Shown here one piece after another: positions 1 through 9,376 of a DNA stretch of 64,000 bases (position 1 is its first letter; each line of letters starts with the position of its first letter). A program made the translations under genes and the position numbers. Source of the stretch: Andalucia godoyi And28. Its lineage: Eukaryota > Protista > Jakobida. The stretch covers positions 1 through 64,000 of the forward strand of contig VRVR01000003.1 in assembly GCA_009859145.1 (NCBI GenBank). Direction: 5' to 3'. Below the pieces are notes generated by a model. The model had not been told where the DNA came from and searched no databases. It worked only from the letters and a program-made list of their open reading frames with translations.

Positions 1-2
1 CT

Positions 3-506
3 TTTAGGCTAGTGTCGCCACAGTCGGGAGTTCTGCGGAGCGTTCTCGGAGACGATCCGCTCCAGCGTTTCCAGCGCTGCTTCCTCGCGGCAGTCCAGCA
101 GGCCCTGCGCGACGAGACCCACGTGCCCCTCATCCGCTGGGTGCCCCGCAAGCGCGCCCAGCTGCTGCGGACGTGCATGCTTGTTGGCTGGACGGAGCAT
201 GTGCCGGCCCAGTCCCTGACCACCGAGGAGTTTGCGGATCTCGTGGATCGTCTTGCGAGCAACCTGTGCCTGGGCAGCACAGCCAGAGAGGAGTTCGTCG
301 CATTCGTTACTGCGATCCGCGGGTCGACCGAGGTGCCCAGTGCCAAGACGCGCAGGAAGGTGTCGAATGCGGTGCTTCGAGGCTGCCAGCTGTTTCGAGA
401 CTGCTGCTTTGCCGGCGGACACAAGCCGAGCATCGTTCCGCCGCTGCTGCTGAAGCCGGAGGGCGATCTGTGCACTCTGTACTTGACGATGCGCAGCTCG
501 CGGTAG
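3..506 (+). CDS. Partial GC-rich ORF of unknown function, open at the window edge, possibly transposon cargo
   Basis: Frame is open from base 3 to the stop at 506. The first 120 nt are 78/120 (65%) GC, clearly above the host genes. No family motif recognised. Confidence 0.3.
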   Translation, partial: FRLVSPQSGVLRSVLGDDPLQRFQRCFLAAVQQALRDETHVPLIRWVPRKRAQLLRTCMLVGWTEHVPAQSLTTEEFADLVDRLASNLCLGSTAREEFVAFVTAIRGSTEVPSAKTRRKVSNAVLRGCQLFRDCCFAGGHKPSIVPPLLLKPEGDLCTLYLTMRSSR

Positions 507-1115
507 CAGTATGCAGTAAAACAAGATGTATGCACGATTGGAGATTCCACGATTGCCATTCACACGCACCGAGCGGAGACCCACTCGCTCCTTTCCCTCG
601 TCAGTCGTGTGTCATAAAAGCCAGACAGCAGAGATGGTGGGTTGACTCATGTGTTTTCCAGCAATGAGCACACAGAAGGCCACGGACCGTTGGTGAGCAC
701 CTTCGCGACTACTGTGTAAATGGCGTAAGCACAGTATCTCTGATGATGGATTGGCAATGCTCAGCGTGCTGCATTCATAAAAAACAGCTCACCCTAAGAA
801 AGCATTCTTCCCGCAAAATAAACGACTGTAGTCGGGAATTAGGTAATTAATATTTTACATATAACTCCTGAACGACGTCGTCCCTAGGCGATATCAGTGT
901 GCCAGATTGCTCGCCGTCCGCGACTCTACCAGTCCCCAGCATTCTCTCAGAAAGGATGGTCTGGCGAGATTTCCGTATTTGTGTGTGCCCATTGTTTACT
1001 TATGCAGTGGGATGGAGAGACGATGCACGCCATGCAACTGCAATGCATCTAGTGTTGACGGAGTGAAAAGAGTGTGGTGGAGTATAATAACTGATTGACA
1101 AAATGTTTTATGTCA

Positions 1116-1158
1116 ATCGACCGTGGTCTAGCGACCTAGCGATCGACGATCGACACTG
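1116..1158. mobile_element. Probable hAT-type terminal inverted repeat (solo end)
   Basis: Reverse complement reads CAGTGTCGATCGTCGATCGCTAGGTCGCTAG. CAGTG is a typical hAT terminus, and CTAGCG/ATCGAC subterminal repeats are present. No partner end in the window. Confidence 0.4.
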
Positions 1159-1179
1159 GTACTATCACTCCTACTTTTA

Positions 1180-2938
1180 CTAGCGATGTTTGAGAGACCG
1201 AAATCTCCGAATTTCCAGCGTTATGTATCCGATGAGGAGCAGCAGAACGAGACAGTACCACGTTATCCAAATAGGATCAGGCGCCACGGCAAGAAACAAG
1301 CCAAGAGAAATATTGACAATTGCCAAGATGAGGGCCAAACGACCAGTTCCACGATGCAGAAAATTCCAAAAGGGTCGCCTCGGAGTCCCGGGGTGTGGTC
1401 TAAACAGAGCATTCAACGGCTGCGCAACTCCCAAAATCGTGATAATCAATCCTATGATTCCGTGAGCAAACGAAAAGTGCTTTGCTCCAGACGCCGAAAC
1501 GACACCAAGCACAAAAGCTACGAGCCCAAATGTGAGTCCCGTTATCTGCAGACCTCGGTGCAGCCGAAACCACAACGCAGGTTGCTTCGTTCCCCCCATC
1601 TTCTTGCCGTATCGAGCAATCAATGCACCAGCTTGCAGCAGCACTCCCCAGCCAATGAATGCAAACACTCCGTGCAGAATCACAAATGAAACGTACGAAT
1701 TGCTGCCAGATAGTGGACGGGAATCGCTCAATGATCCAGAAAGAGAAAGAAGCCACAGCGACCCGGAGAGTCCGTATAATACTGCGAACTCGGAGTTGTT
1801 CATCGTTCTGTCGCTTGGTAAAAGGATTAGTAACAGGATTGCACATCACGGCGGGAATAGGAGATAGGAAAATAGAAGAGCGGGATGGGGAAAAGACATA
1901 CACCACTGTCATCGACGCGCCAACAAGCACGGTAGGCGGCGGATTTGAGGCGGATCGTCGACGAAAGGGAGCATCTCCGTCGCTGGCATCAATCAGTATA
2001 ACTTCATCGGTGGGTGTCGCCGCTGCACTGATCATATTTCCAGCATTGGTGTCACCACCATAGACCAAGACTGTGTCCGCAAGAGCGAAGTACACCATGG
2101 ACGAATATACTCTTGGTGTTGGGACGAACTGCGGTGGCGAATACTGTCCGCCTCGTTTCCACGAACGTCGACTCGAGGAAAATATCCATACGTCGTTCGA
2201 CGGACATGGACCTGCGGCAGAACCTTGGCCGTTCAGGCAACCTCCGAAAATCAAAAATTCAGTAGACCCGATCGCAACACCGGAATGCAAACATCGTGAA
2301 TGGGGCATCCGCGGATCGTACGCGTTACTCGGCCGGTCTTCCACGACTCTGCTCCATTCTTGCGTAACTGTGTCAAAGATGTACGAATCACTGAATCGTT
2401 GCACAGCTTTGTCAAACCCGTGAGTAAGAAAAAGCAAATGCTGATTGGAAGAGCGGAAGAATCCTCCCGCGGAGCCGTACCTAGCGGGGGGAACGTCGCC
2501 ATGCACAGCAACTGAAGACCACTGGAGGGATGTTGGCGAAAATAGCCAGGTATCCGAAAAAACTCGTCCGTTAACGTTTGTTTGTCCGGTGCAAATGTAG
2601 AACTCGCCAGTGCCTGACACCCCATAGACCATCGAAAAACGAGCGTCAGGAGATCCGCTCAGCATCGAAGAATTGGAAGAAAGTTCGTTCCAAGTCAGAG
2701 ACGCAAGGTTGAATAGCCATGTATCACGAAGCGCTTGTCCACCACCAGTTCGACCACCGAACAGGATCAGACTGTTGAGAGCGGGCAAATGCCCGATGGC
2801 AGCATCGCGCCGGAAAGATGGGGATGGCAACAATGATGAATTTGCAAGAATGGACCATGCAAAACCAGAACTTGACACCAGTCGAACGCAATACAGAATC
2901 GTCAGTGTTAGGTACCAGCTTGAGAAGGACAGCTTCAT
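1180..2938 (-). CDS. Membrane protein with signal peptide, Kelch beta-propeller and C-terminal cytochrome b561; 2 exons, intron 1814-1901
   Basis: Two ORFs are joined in frame by an 88-nt intron (GTATGT...ACTAAT...AAG), giving ...SMTVVDRTMNNSEF. Kelch motifs LFGG, PARYGSAGG, IFGG. Four b561 heme His: ILHG, RLHR, AHGI, FLHR. Confidence 0.85.
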
Positions 2939-3049
2939 GAATAGGATGCTACGACAATCCACTTACGAGGGACTTCCGGCAATCAACAAATATTTCAGAA
3001 TCAGATCGTCAGAAAGCTCCGGGAAACTATTGTACAGTAGTACGCCAGT

Positions 3050-3335
3050 CGACCGGTGAGCTGGATTTCATGCATCACTTGATGCCGATGGTGGATTGGA
3101 TTCAGCACTCGGCTGTGGCGGGGATTTTCAGCTGGGCGCGTTTTTTTGTTCGGCATGACGGCATCTGATCCGTCGAGGACTTGGGCCTGCTTTCACCTTT
3201 TCCAATTGGCGGGACTGAAATTCTATTCTAACGCACCTGGACGTTCAACAAAAATCTCCGCGATCCGATTGTGTTATGAAATAGTGGTGCGACTAGCGGC
3301 TTGTCCGCTAGCGGTGGTACGATAGCGGAGACCTG
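3050..3335 (-). mobile_element. Truncated hAT-like element end
   Basis: Minus strand begins CAGGTCTCCGCTATCG with CTAGCG subterminal repeats. The terminus at 3335 coincides with the point where the neighbouring transposase homology begins. Left boundary is approximate. Confidence 0.35.
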
Positions 3336-4117
3336 TCATTGAACGCAGCGGCGGAATTCAACTGTTGACCGTTTTTCACAAACGGAGAGAGTTTCTGTTC
3401 TCTGATGCAGCGTTTGCCGCTTACTTGCTAGACTTTCGTTTCCAAGGACAGTTCTTGGATGTTGATCAAAGACAATGTGCAGTCAACTTTCTTATGCAGT
3501 CCTTGGATGGCAATGGGAAATTGCAATTGATGGAGTATCTGTCTCCTTCTGCTGGCGCCTCTTGGCCAGATATGAGACAGCACTTATTGAGTTCAGAGCG
3601 GCTTCCATTTGAAATGTGGCAAGCCGCCAGCGGTATGGGCTACTTTACTAGCCTCAGTCCTGTCGCACAACGCTTGACATTTGTCGTTTGCAATTCTGCC
3701 TCGTCGGAGCGCATTTGGTCGAACTTTTCCTATATTCACACAAAATTGCGAAATCGCCTATCTGTGCAGAAGAGTATCGCTTTATCTATTATCAATGCAT
3801 GGTATAACATGAAGGACCGTTTGGCAGTGTCAAATCAGAAATGGATAGCGTTGAAGTTTAACGCTTTGAATACTGTATCCGACATCACTCAGAATGTTCT
3901 GAACGAACTAGTTGATGAAGGGAATGAAGAAGATTCACCTTTCGTTCCTGATCTTGAAAAAGAAGCGGAGGAAGAAATTGCAAGGTTCACTGCGCAACTT
4001 GGTACTTCCAACAACAATTCCGACTTTTCTGGTAACTTCGTTATTGATCCTTTATGTCCGCTTAGTGGTTTGCAGTCTGACTCTGGCGACGAAGCCTCTT
4101 CGTCTCTGTCTCCTTAA
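3335..4117 (+). pseudogene. 5'-truncated hAT transposase (C-terminal/dimerisation region)
   Basis: AAYLLDFRF and VCNSASSERIWSNFSYIHTKLRNRL motifs. No ATG, no BED finger, and the first two catalytic Asp are missing. Confidence 0.85.
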
Positions 4118-4376
4118 CTGATCTTTGTTGTTCTGAGGCTACTTTGCTTTTTGTGCCCCGTTGGGCATTTCATATTGTAAATGTGTTTTGGTGTCTGTTG
4201 GAAGATATACGCTCATTATTATTGGTACCGGCTGACAGCAAGACAGGGACATGACAAGGGGCACAGCAAGGATACGAATAATGGACAAGGGAAACGAAAC
4301 CGTTGTAGTGCGTCGGCTTCCCGTCGGGTAACAATTCGTCGGGTGTAAACATCACGGCTTGCCAGCGGTCGATGAC

Positions 4377-6989
4377 TAGGGTTCGTCATACGACGGCGCG
4401 ACGGCAAATCTCAAAAAAAGACCGTCATCTTTGACGTCGCGTCGTCCGTCATTTGACGCCAGCCCTTACACAGCCATAAATGATGCTAAGGCTTTACGAT
4501 TACAATGGTTAGTACATGCTGCAGTTCACGGTTGCAGCATCGCAGCAGAAGAATCAGCTTCATCTTCAAACGACCATGCCGACGGCGTGTCCTGTTCTAG
4601 AAAGACAGTCACTGGGCCGCTTTCACTCATCTCTGCTTCTTGATCACTGATTGATGAGATGGAAGACGTATCCGCAACGTCATCGTCATCGTCGGCCACT
4701 TGCCCAGACATCGAGAACTGCGAAATATCGAAGCGGCACGGACTCGACAGTTGATGTCGATTGTTCCAAGCGTAGACCAAAGCGAGTTCGATTGTCTTCT
4801 TCGTTGATAGTCGATTCCTTGTCTTCGAGTGAATGAAACTGAAGTTGGACCAGACTCTTTCTGTCGACGCAGAATTGCAAATGACTGACAGAAGTCGCAG
4901 CGCCACTTTTGAAATGATCTTCCACTTCGGACCGAAAAAACGCATCCTTCTCCAGAATGTGATTACACTGCCACCTGCTCGATTCCATACCAACTCCTCG
5001 TCGTGATCATTAATGAACCCGTTGTCCAGAACTGCTTGAAATGCATAGTACTCTCGGTCTTCGTCTTCGGGACGAGTGAGCATGTGCCTAGCAATCCTGC
5101 TGATGTGGATTTCCGTCAAATGTTTCTTCTGGTACCTGGGGTCCAAAGAATACGCAACCAGTATGCGGTCGTCCGACAGCCTTTCCATTCTTTGTTGGAA
5201 ACACTGCAATACTTCGGGGAACTCTTTCACCAGATCCGACTGCGACAGATGCTGTTCGAACTCGTGCATGAAATGAAAAGCAGACGAAATGTCGCACGTG
5301 TTGCTTTCAATCACCTTGAGTAACGAGGATAGAGGATTGAAAGCATCGATAACAGCCTTCATGGATTGCCAGATTGTTGCGTCGTTTTCAATAAGCCGAC
5401 GTAACGTCACATTGCGCATCTTTTGTCGAACTTGACCGCAGTCCCGAATCAGTGACACGATCGCCTCGCGATTCTCATACACTCGAGATATGCATTTCAT
5501 TACGGAACCCCATCTGGTCCTTCCTGGCATTTGAAGTCCTCTCAGCTTCGATTCCGTTTGTTTGGCACGCAGGGCGTCGCCCGCGACCTGGTACCGTCGA
5601 AAGAACGTTGTGATTTTCTGGGCTACGAACGCAATCTGAGGAAGTGAGTACTCCCCGGGAGAAATGTCAGAGAACTTGACGCCGTTCAATGCATTGTCAT
5701 TGCCAGCGATAGAATCGTCCAATTCCAGATCGTCTTCCAATTCAACCTCCCGCACGACATCATCCATTTCAACGGTCTGCGAGGCAGTTTCCAGATTTCG
5801 GGAAGAAACGGGTCGACATTTGATCTTGGAAAACACATCGTTAAAAAACAGATTAAGCATGTGCGCATGACAACCCACAAATAATGTTTCTGGATATTTC
5901 GGCTGCAGCAACCGCCACGATTTGTGCATTACGCTGGCGTTGTCAGTCACGATTCCGGCTACTTTGTCATGAATATTGTGGAGTGAAATTGCCTTGTCTA
6001 AAAACAAGGCATAATATTCTGCAGTTTTTGACTGCATGGGAGAATGTTCTGCACCAAAAAACACAGCTTCTCCATCGCAGATTGCAACGCAGTTCGTTAT
6101 CGATTCATTTCTTTGGTTGGACCAAGTGTCGGACGACAACGTCAAAAATTCAGTCTTTCGAATTTTTTCAACGATTTTATGGCGAGCGAGGCAAACAGTC
6201 TCTGGTAGAATACGGCGATGCACAGTTGATGGCGAAGGCGCCGTGTACCCCAAGTGAGACAAAAACGCCTGGATCTTGATGTTCTCCAAAACATGGAACG
6301 GGATGTTTGCAGACACCAAAGCATCGCACAGCGAACGATCCAACATTGTCTTTTTGACCTCGGCTTGTTCAAACATGTCTTCCAGTTGGCTCCTGTTGCC
6401 AGAAAAATCCTCAGTGCTCGACGCCGCCCGAGCACGCTTGCGAAATCGCATCGGGGCCCAGTTCTCAACTTCGCCCACCGGCAAAGACGTCAATAACATA
6501 TCGCGGTCCGTCTCAGTCACGTTCTTACAGTGCACGAAGACGTGATTGTACATACGCTCTGGATGATTGGAAACCCATTCATCACATTTGCAGCATTTGA
6601 ACTCGGAAGAAGGCTTTCCTCCCTTCGTTACCTTTGGGCGTTTTTCACTGAACCATTTATCCTTGATACCAAGACTGCCCCCCATTCGCACGTCACACAA
6701 ATGAACAACGCGAGATACAAAAAGAAGTTACACGCACGGGAAAAAAAGAGAGAGAGAGAGAGAAAGAAATGCAGAACGAAATCAAAAAGGAGGAGTGCTT
6801 TCGACGGCATGATGCACGACGACAAAAGTGCATTTTCCCGCCAGTTTCTTGGCAGGATATGCAGAAGTGACACCTGCTGTAGTCAGCGTCATATGATGGA
6901 ACGACGGGAAGGGCGAGCTTTCGGCCGTCGCATTTGACGTCAATATGACGCGACGTCACGGCTTCTTTGGCGTCGCGTGGCGAACCCTA
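4377..6989 (-). mobile_element. Full-length hAT DNA transposon
   Basis: 19-bp TIRs TAGGGTTCGTCATACGACG / TAGGGTTCGCCACGCGACG (16/19 identical). Exact 12-bp subterminal inverted repeat at 4432-4443 and 6947-6958. Encloses an intact transposase. Confidence 0.88.
4526..6700 (-). CDS. hAT transposase with BED zinc finger, uninterrupted 724 aa
   Basis: CCKC...HVFVHC BED finger; catalytic D (SSDTWS), D (VTDNAS) and E (NSASTERVWS); CxxH (GCHAH); RW motif. Confidence 0.93.
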   Translation of the reverse strand: MCDVRMGGSLGIKDKWFSEKRPKVTKGGKPSSEFKCCKCDEWVSNHPERMYNHVFVHCKNVTETDRDMLLTSLPVGEVENWAPMRFRKRARAASSTEDFSGNRSQLEDMFEQAEVKKTMLDRSLCDALVSANIPFHVLENIKIQAFLSHLGYTAPSPSTVHRRILPETVCLARHKIVEKIRKTEFLTLSSDTWSNQRNESITNCVAICDGEAVFFGAEHSPMQSKTAEYYALFLDKAISLHNIHDKVAGIVTDNASVMHKSWRLLQPKYPETLFVGCHAHMLNLFFNDVFSKIKCRPVSSRNLETASQTVEMDDVVREVELEDDLELDDSIAGNDNALNGVKFSDISPGEYSLPQIAFVAQKITTFFRRYQVAGDALRAKQTESKLRGLQMPGRTRWGSVMKCISRVYENREAIVSLIRDCGQVRQKMRNVTLRRLIENDATIWQSMKAVIDAFNPLSSLLKVIESNTCDISSAFHFMHEFEQHLSQSDLVKEFPEVLQCFQQRMERLSDDRILVAYSLDPRYQKKHLTEIHISRIARHMLTRPEDEDREYYAFQAVLDNGFINDHDEELVWNRAGGSVITFWRRMRFFGPKWKIISKVALRLLSVICNSASTERVWSNFSFIHSKTRNRLSTKKTIELALVYAWNNRHQLSSPCRFDISQFSMSGQVADDDDDVADTSSISSISDQEAEMSESGPVTVFLEQDTPSAWSFEDEADSSAAMLQP

Positions 6990-7410
6990 CAACAAATCAA
7001 GGAAGGTTTTGGAGCGCGCCTCCGGGTCCCGCCGCAATGCTTTTTGAAATGGAGCGCAGAGGATGTGCTGCGTGATGTGCGAGCATCAAGCATCACGTTG
7101 TCGGTTCTTCAGTCTTTGGAGCATGCCTCCAGAAATGTGCAGAAAATTTAATTTGCAAAGATTCCGCTGGCTGTAATGCGCCTCAATAGGGTTTGGGGTA
7201 GATAGGGTTGGTAAATGCAATATTGCAATGCAAGATAGTGCATGCAAGATAGTGCAATTGCAGTTCAGCCGAGAAGGTATCCTCTTGTCCAGCTCTTTTC
7301 TCCCTTCGTTGGACGTATTTTCATTGTATCCTCTCGATATCGCCTGCGAGACTAGCAAGACTGAGTTTCGAATATCCATAATCAGTTTATTTTGAATTCG
7401 CCCATTCAGA

Positions 7411-9189
7411 ATGGGTTTTTTTGCTGCATGGAAACGCAGGCTCACCGATAAAGACGAATTCGCCAATTATTGGGCTACGGAAGGGCACAAGGTTATTTTT
7501 ATCACACTGTATGTCATTGTGACAATCATCCTCTTTGTTGAAGCGGCTGTGCGATGGGCAGGCCTGCTCGAGGACGTAGAGAAAACGAACGGGAAAAAGT
7601 ATTCGTGGGTGATTGTTGCACGCGGTTTTGGGCAGCTTTTGAACTTCAATTGCATGCTGGTAATTGTTCCCGTGTTGCGGTCAATCATCACTTGGATGCG
7701 GAAAACCCGCCTGGCCAATTTCTTGCCTTTGGACAAGAATATTGTCTTTCATCGTTACATCGCATACGTGATTGTGTTCTGCGGTTGGGCACATGGATCT
7801 GCCCATTATTACAATTACAATTGCTGTCCAGAGGTCTACTTCAAGCCGAACGACTTTTCGAAGACATCATTGGAGGCAGCCTGGTCCACGCTCGCCGGAG
7901 TTACTGGCAATATGTTATATCTCGTAATTCTTGTTATGTTTTCGGCTGCCCACTCCGAATATCGGAAATCGAGGAACTTCACTGTCTTCTGGTTTGTCCA
8001 CCATCTCTTTATTGTGTTTTTTGCACTCGTCCTTGCTCACGGCCCCAATTTTTGGAAATGGTTCGTCGGCCCTGGTGCTCTGTACTTTTTTGAACGCCTT
8101 GCACGTATTTTCCGGGGATCTCGTACGGTTGGCGTTCTCCGTGTGCACCATCTGCCCTCCCAGGTGTTGTTTCTCGAACTTGAAAACAAAATCCAGTACA
8201 AAGCAGGTCAGTACTGTTTTCTCAACTGCCCTTACCTGTCGAAGTATGAGTGGCACCCGTTTACAATTTCATCTGCTCCCGAGGAAGAGCATCTCGATTT
8301 CCATATTCGATGTGTCGGTGATTGGACTCAGGCTCTTTCCAAGTTGCTGAACCCCGATCGGAAGAAGGATTTGGTCATGAACAACTACGTCGGGGCAGAT
8401 GGCAAGTATCCGCTAATCAAGGTAGATGGTCCGTTTGGAGCTCCTGCAGAACACATCTTTGAGTTCGAGCACATCATGTTGATTGCTGCGGGAATCGGCG
8501 TAACTCCGTACGCCTCCATTTTGAAGCACATTCACTTCCGGTTGCAACAGAATAATGTCGGCAAGATGAAAAAGGTATACTTTTACTGGGTGAATCGGGA
8601 TGAAGGGTCCTGGGAATGGTTCAGTGAAATTCTCAAGAACCTAGAGGGCAAAGTCCGGAAGGATTTTCTCGAGGTCCACACGTTCTTCACTGGTGCGCTT
8701 AAGGTCGATGATATTCGAACGATTGTCTTCTCTTCAGCAGAAGTTGCTGCGAAAGGCACGGACATGCCGGTTTCCGCCTATGCTCGCGCGATGTATGGAT
8801 ACTCCGCTCAGGCGTCGGACGAAATTGACTTGCAGGAAGACGATGATGTCGAAGTGTTGGCACGCAACGCTGATGGTTGGTGGGAAGGTACCAACAAACG
8901 GACCGGTCAAAAAGGTCTTTTCCCATACAATTTTGTCCAAGTTATTGATCGTATTACAAAGATGGAGGAAGGTTCTCATAGGCACTATGGTCGTCCCCAC
9001 TGGGACGATATTTTCAAGACAGTTGGTCAGCAGGTGGAAGCAGTGACTCCTCCGCGCGAAGCGGAACGTCCCAAGGTTGGGGTTTTCTTCTGCGGCCCTG
9101 CAGTCATGTCAAAACAGCTCTATCAGTTCTCTGCTCGTGCAAACCAGCTTGGTCGAACGGCCTTTGATTACAAGAAGGAGAATTTCTGA
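7411..9189 (+). CDS. NOX: NADPH oxidase (Nox, no EF-hands) with an SH3 domain inserted at about 8776-8949
   Basis: Heme His in FHRYIA...AHGSAH and VHHLF...LAHG; FAD motif EWHPFTISS; HIRCVGDWT; VDGPFG; GIGVTP; CGP; C-terminal ENF. SH3: ARAMYGY...DEIDL...GWWEG...GLFPYNFV. Confidence 0.95.
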   Translation: MGFFAAWKRRLTDKDEFANYWATEGHKVIFITLYVIVTIILFVEAAVRWAGLLEDVEKTNGKKYSWVIVARGFGQLLNFNCMLVIVPVLRSIITWMRKTRLANFLPLDKNIVFHRYIAYVIVFCGWAHGSAHYYNYNCCPEVYFKPNDFSKTSLEAAWSTLAGVTGNMLYLVILVMFSAAHSEYRKSRNFTVFWFVHHLFIVFFALVLAHGPNFWKWFVGPGALYFFERLARIFRGSRTVGVLRVHHLPSQVLFLELENKIQYKAGQYCFLNCPYLSKYEWHPFTISSAPEEEHLDFHIRCVGDWTQALSKLLNPDRKKDLVMNNYVGADGKYPLIKVDGPFGAPAEHIFEFEHIMLIAAGIGVTPYASILKHIHFRLQQNNVGKMKKVYFYWVNRDEGSWEWFSEILKNLEGKVRKDFLEVHTFFTGALKVDDIRTIVFSSAEVAAKGTDMPVSAYARAMYGYSAQASDEIDLQEDDDVEVLARNADGWWEGTNKRTGQKGLFPYNFVQVIDRITKMEEGSHRHYGRPHWDDIFKTVGQQVEAVTPPREAERPKVGVFFCGPAVMSKQLYQFSARANQLGRTAFDYKKENF

Positions 9190-9376
9190 AACCAGTGTTT
9201 TTTTGTTTTTTTTCGTTTTCGTTTTCACTTTTGCTTTGTTTTTTTGGCGGATTAAATGTTCTATCTTTTATTTATGTATTCATTATTATTATTATTATTG
9301 TTGTTGTTGTTTTGGGGGAGGGGAGGATTTTAGCGATTGCATTTCCTTTTTTAATTTGCATTGGGATTACACATAT

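Noticed and set aside
880-1100. Possible degenerate hAT C-terminal coding (VWRDFR..CPLF / NASSVDGVKRVW in different frames)
   Set aside because: Resemblance is too weak to support without an alignment.
6945-7151. 68-aa ORF crossing the hAT end
   Set aside because: Starts inside the TIR region and has no recognisable motif.
7187-7209. TAGGGTT as interstitial telomere repeat
   Set aside because: Only two non-tandem copies; better explained as a hAT-like terminus or chance.
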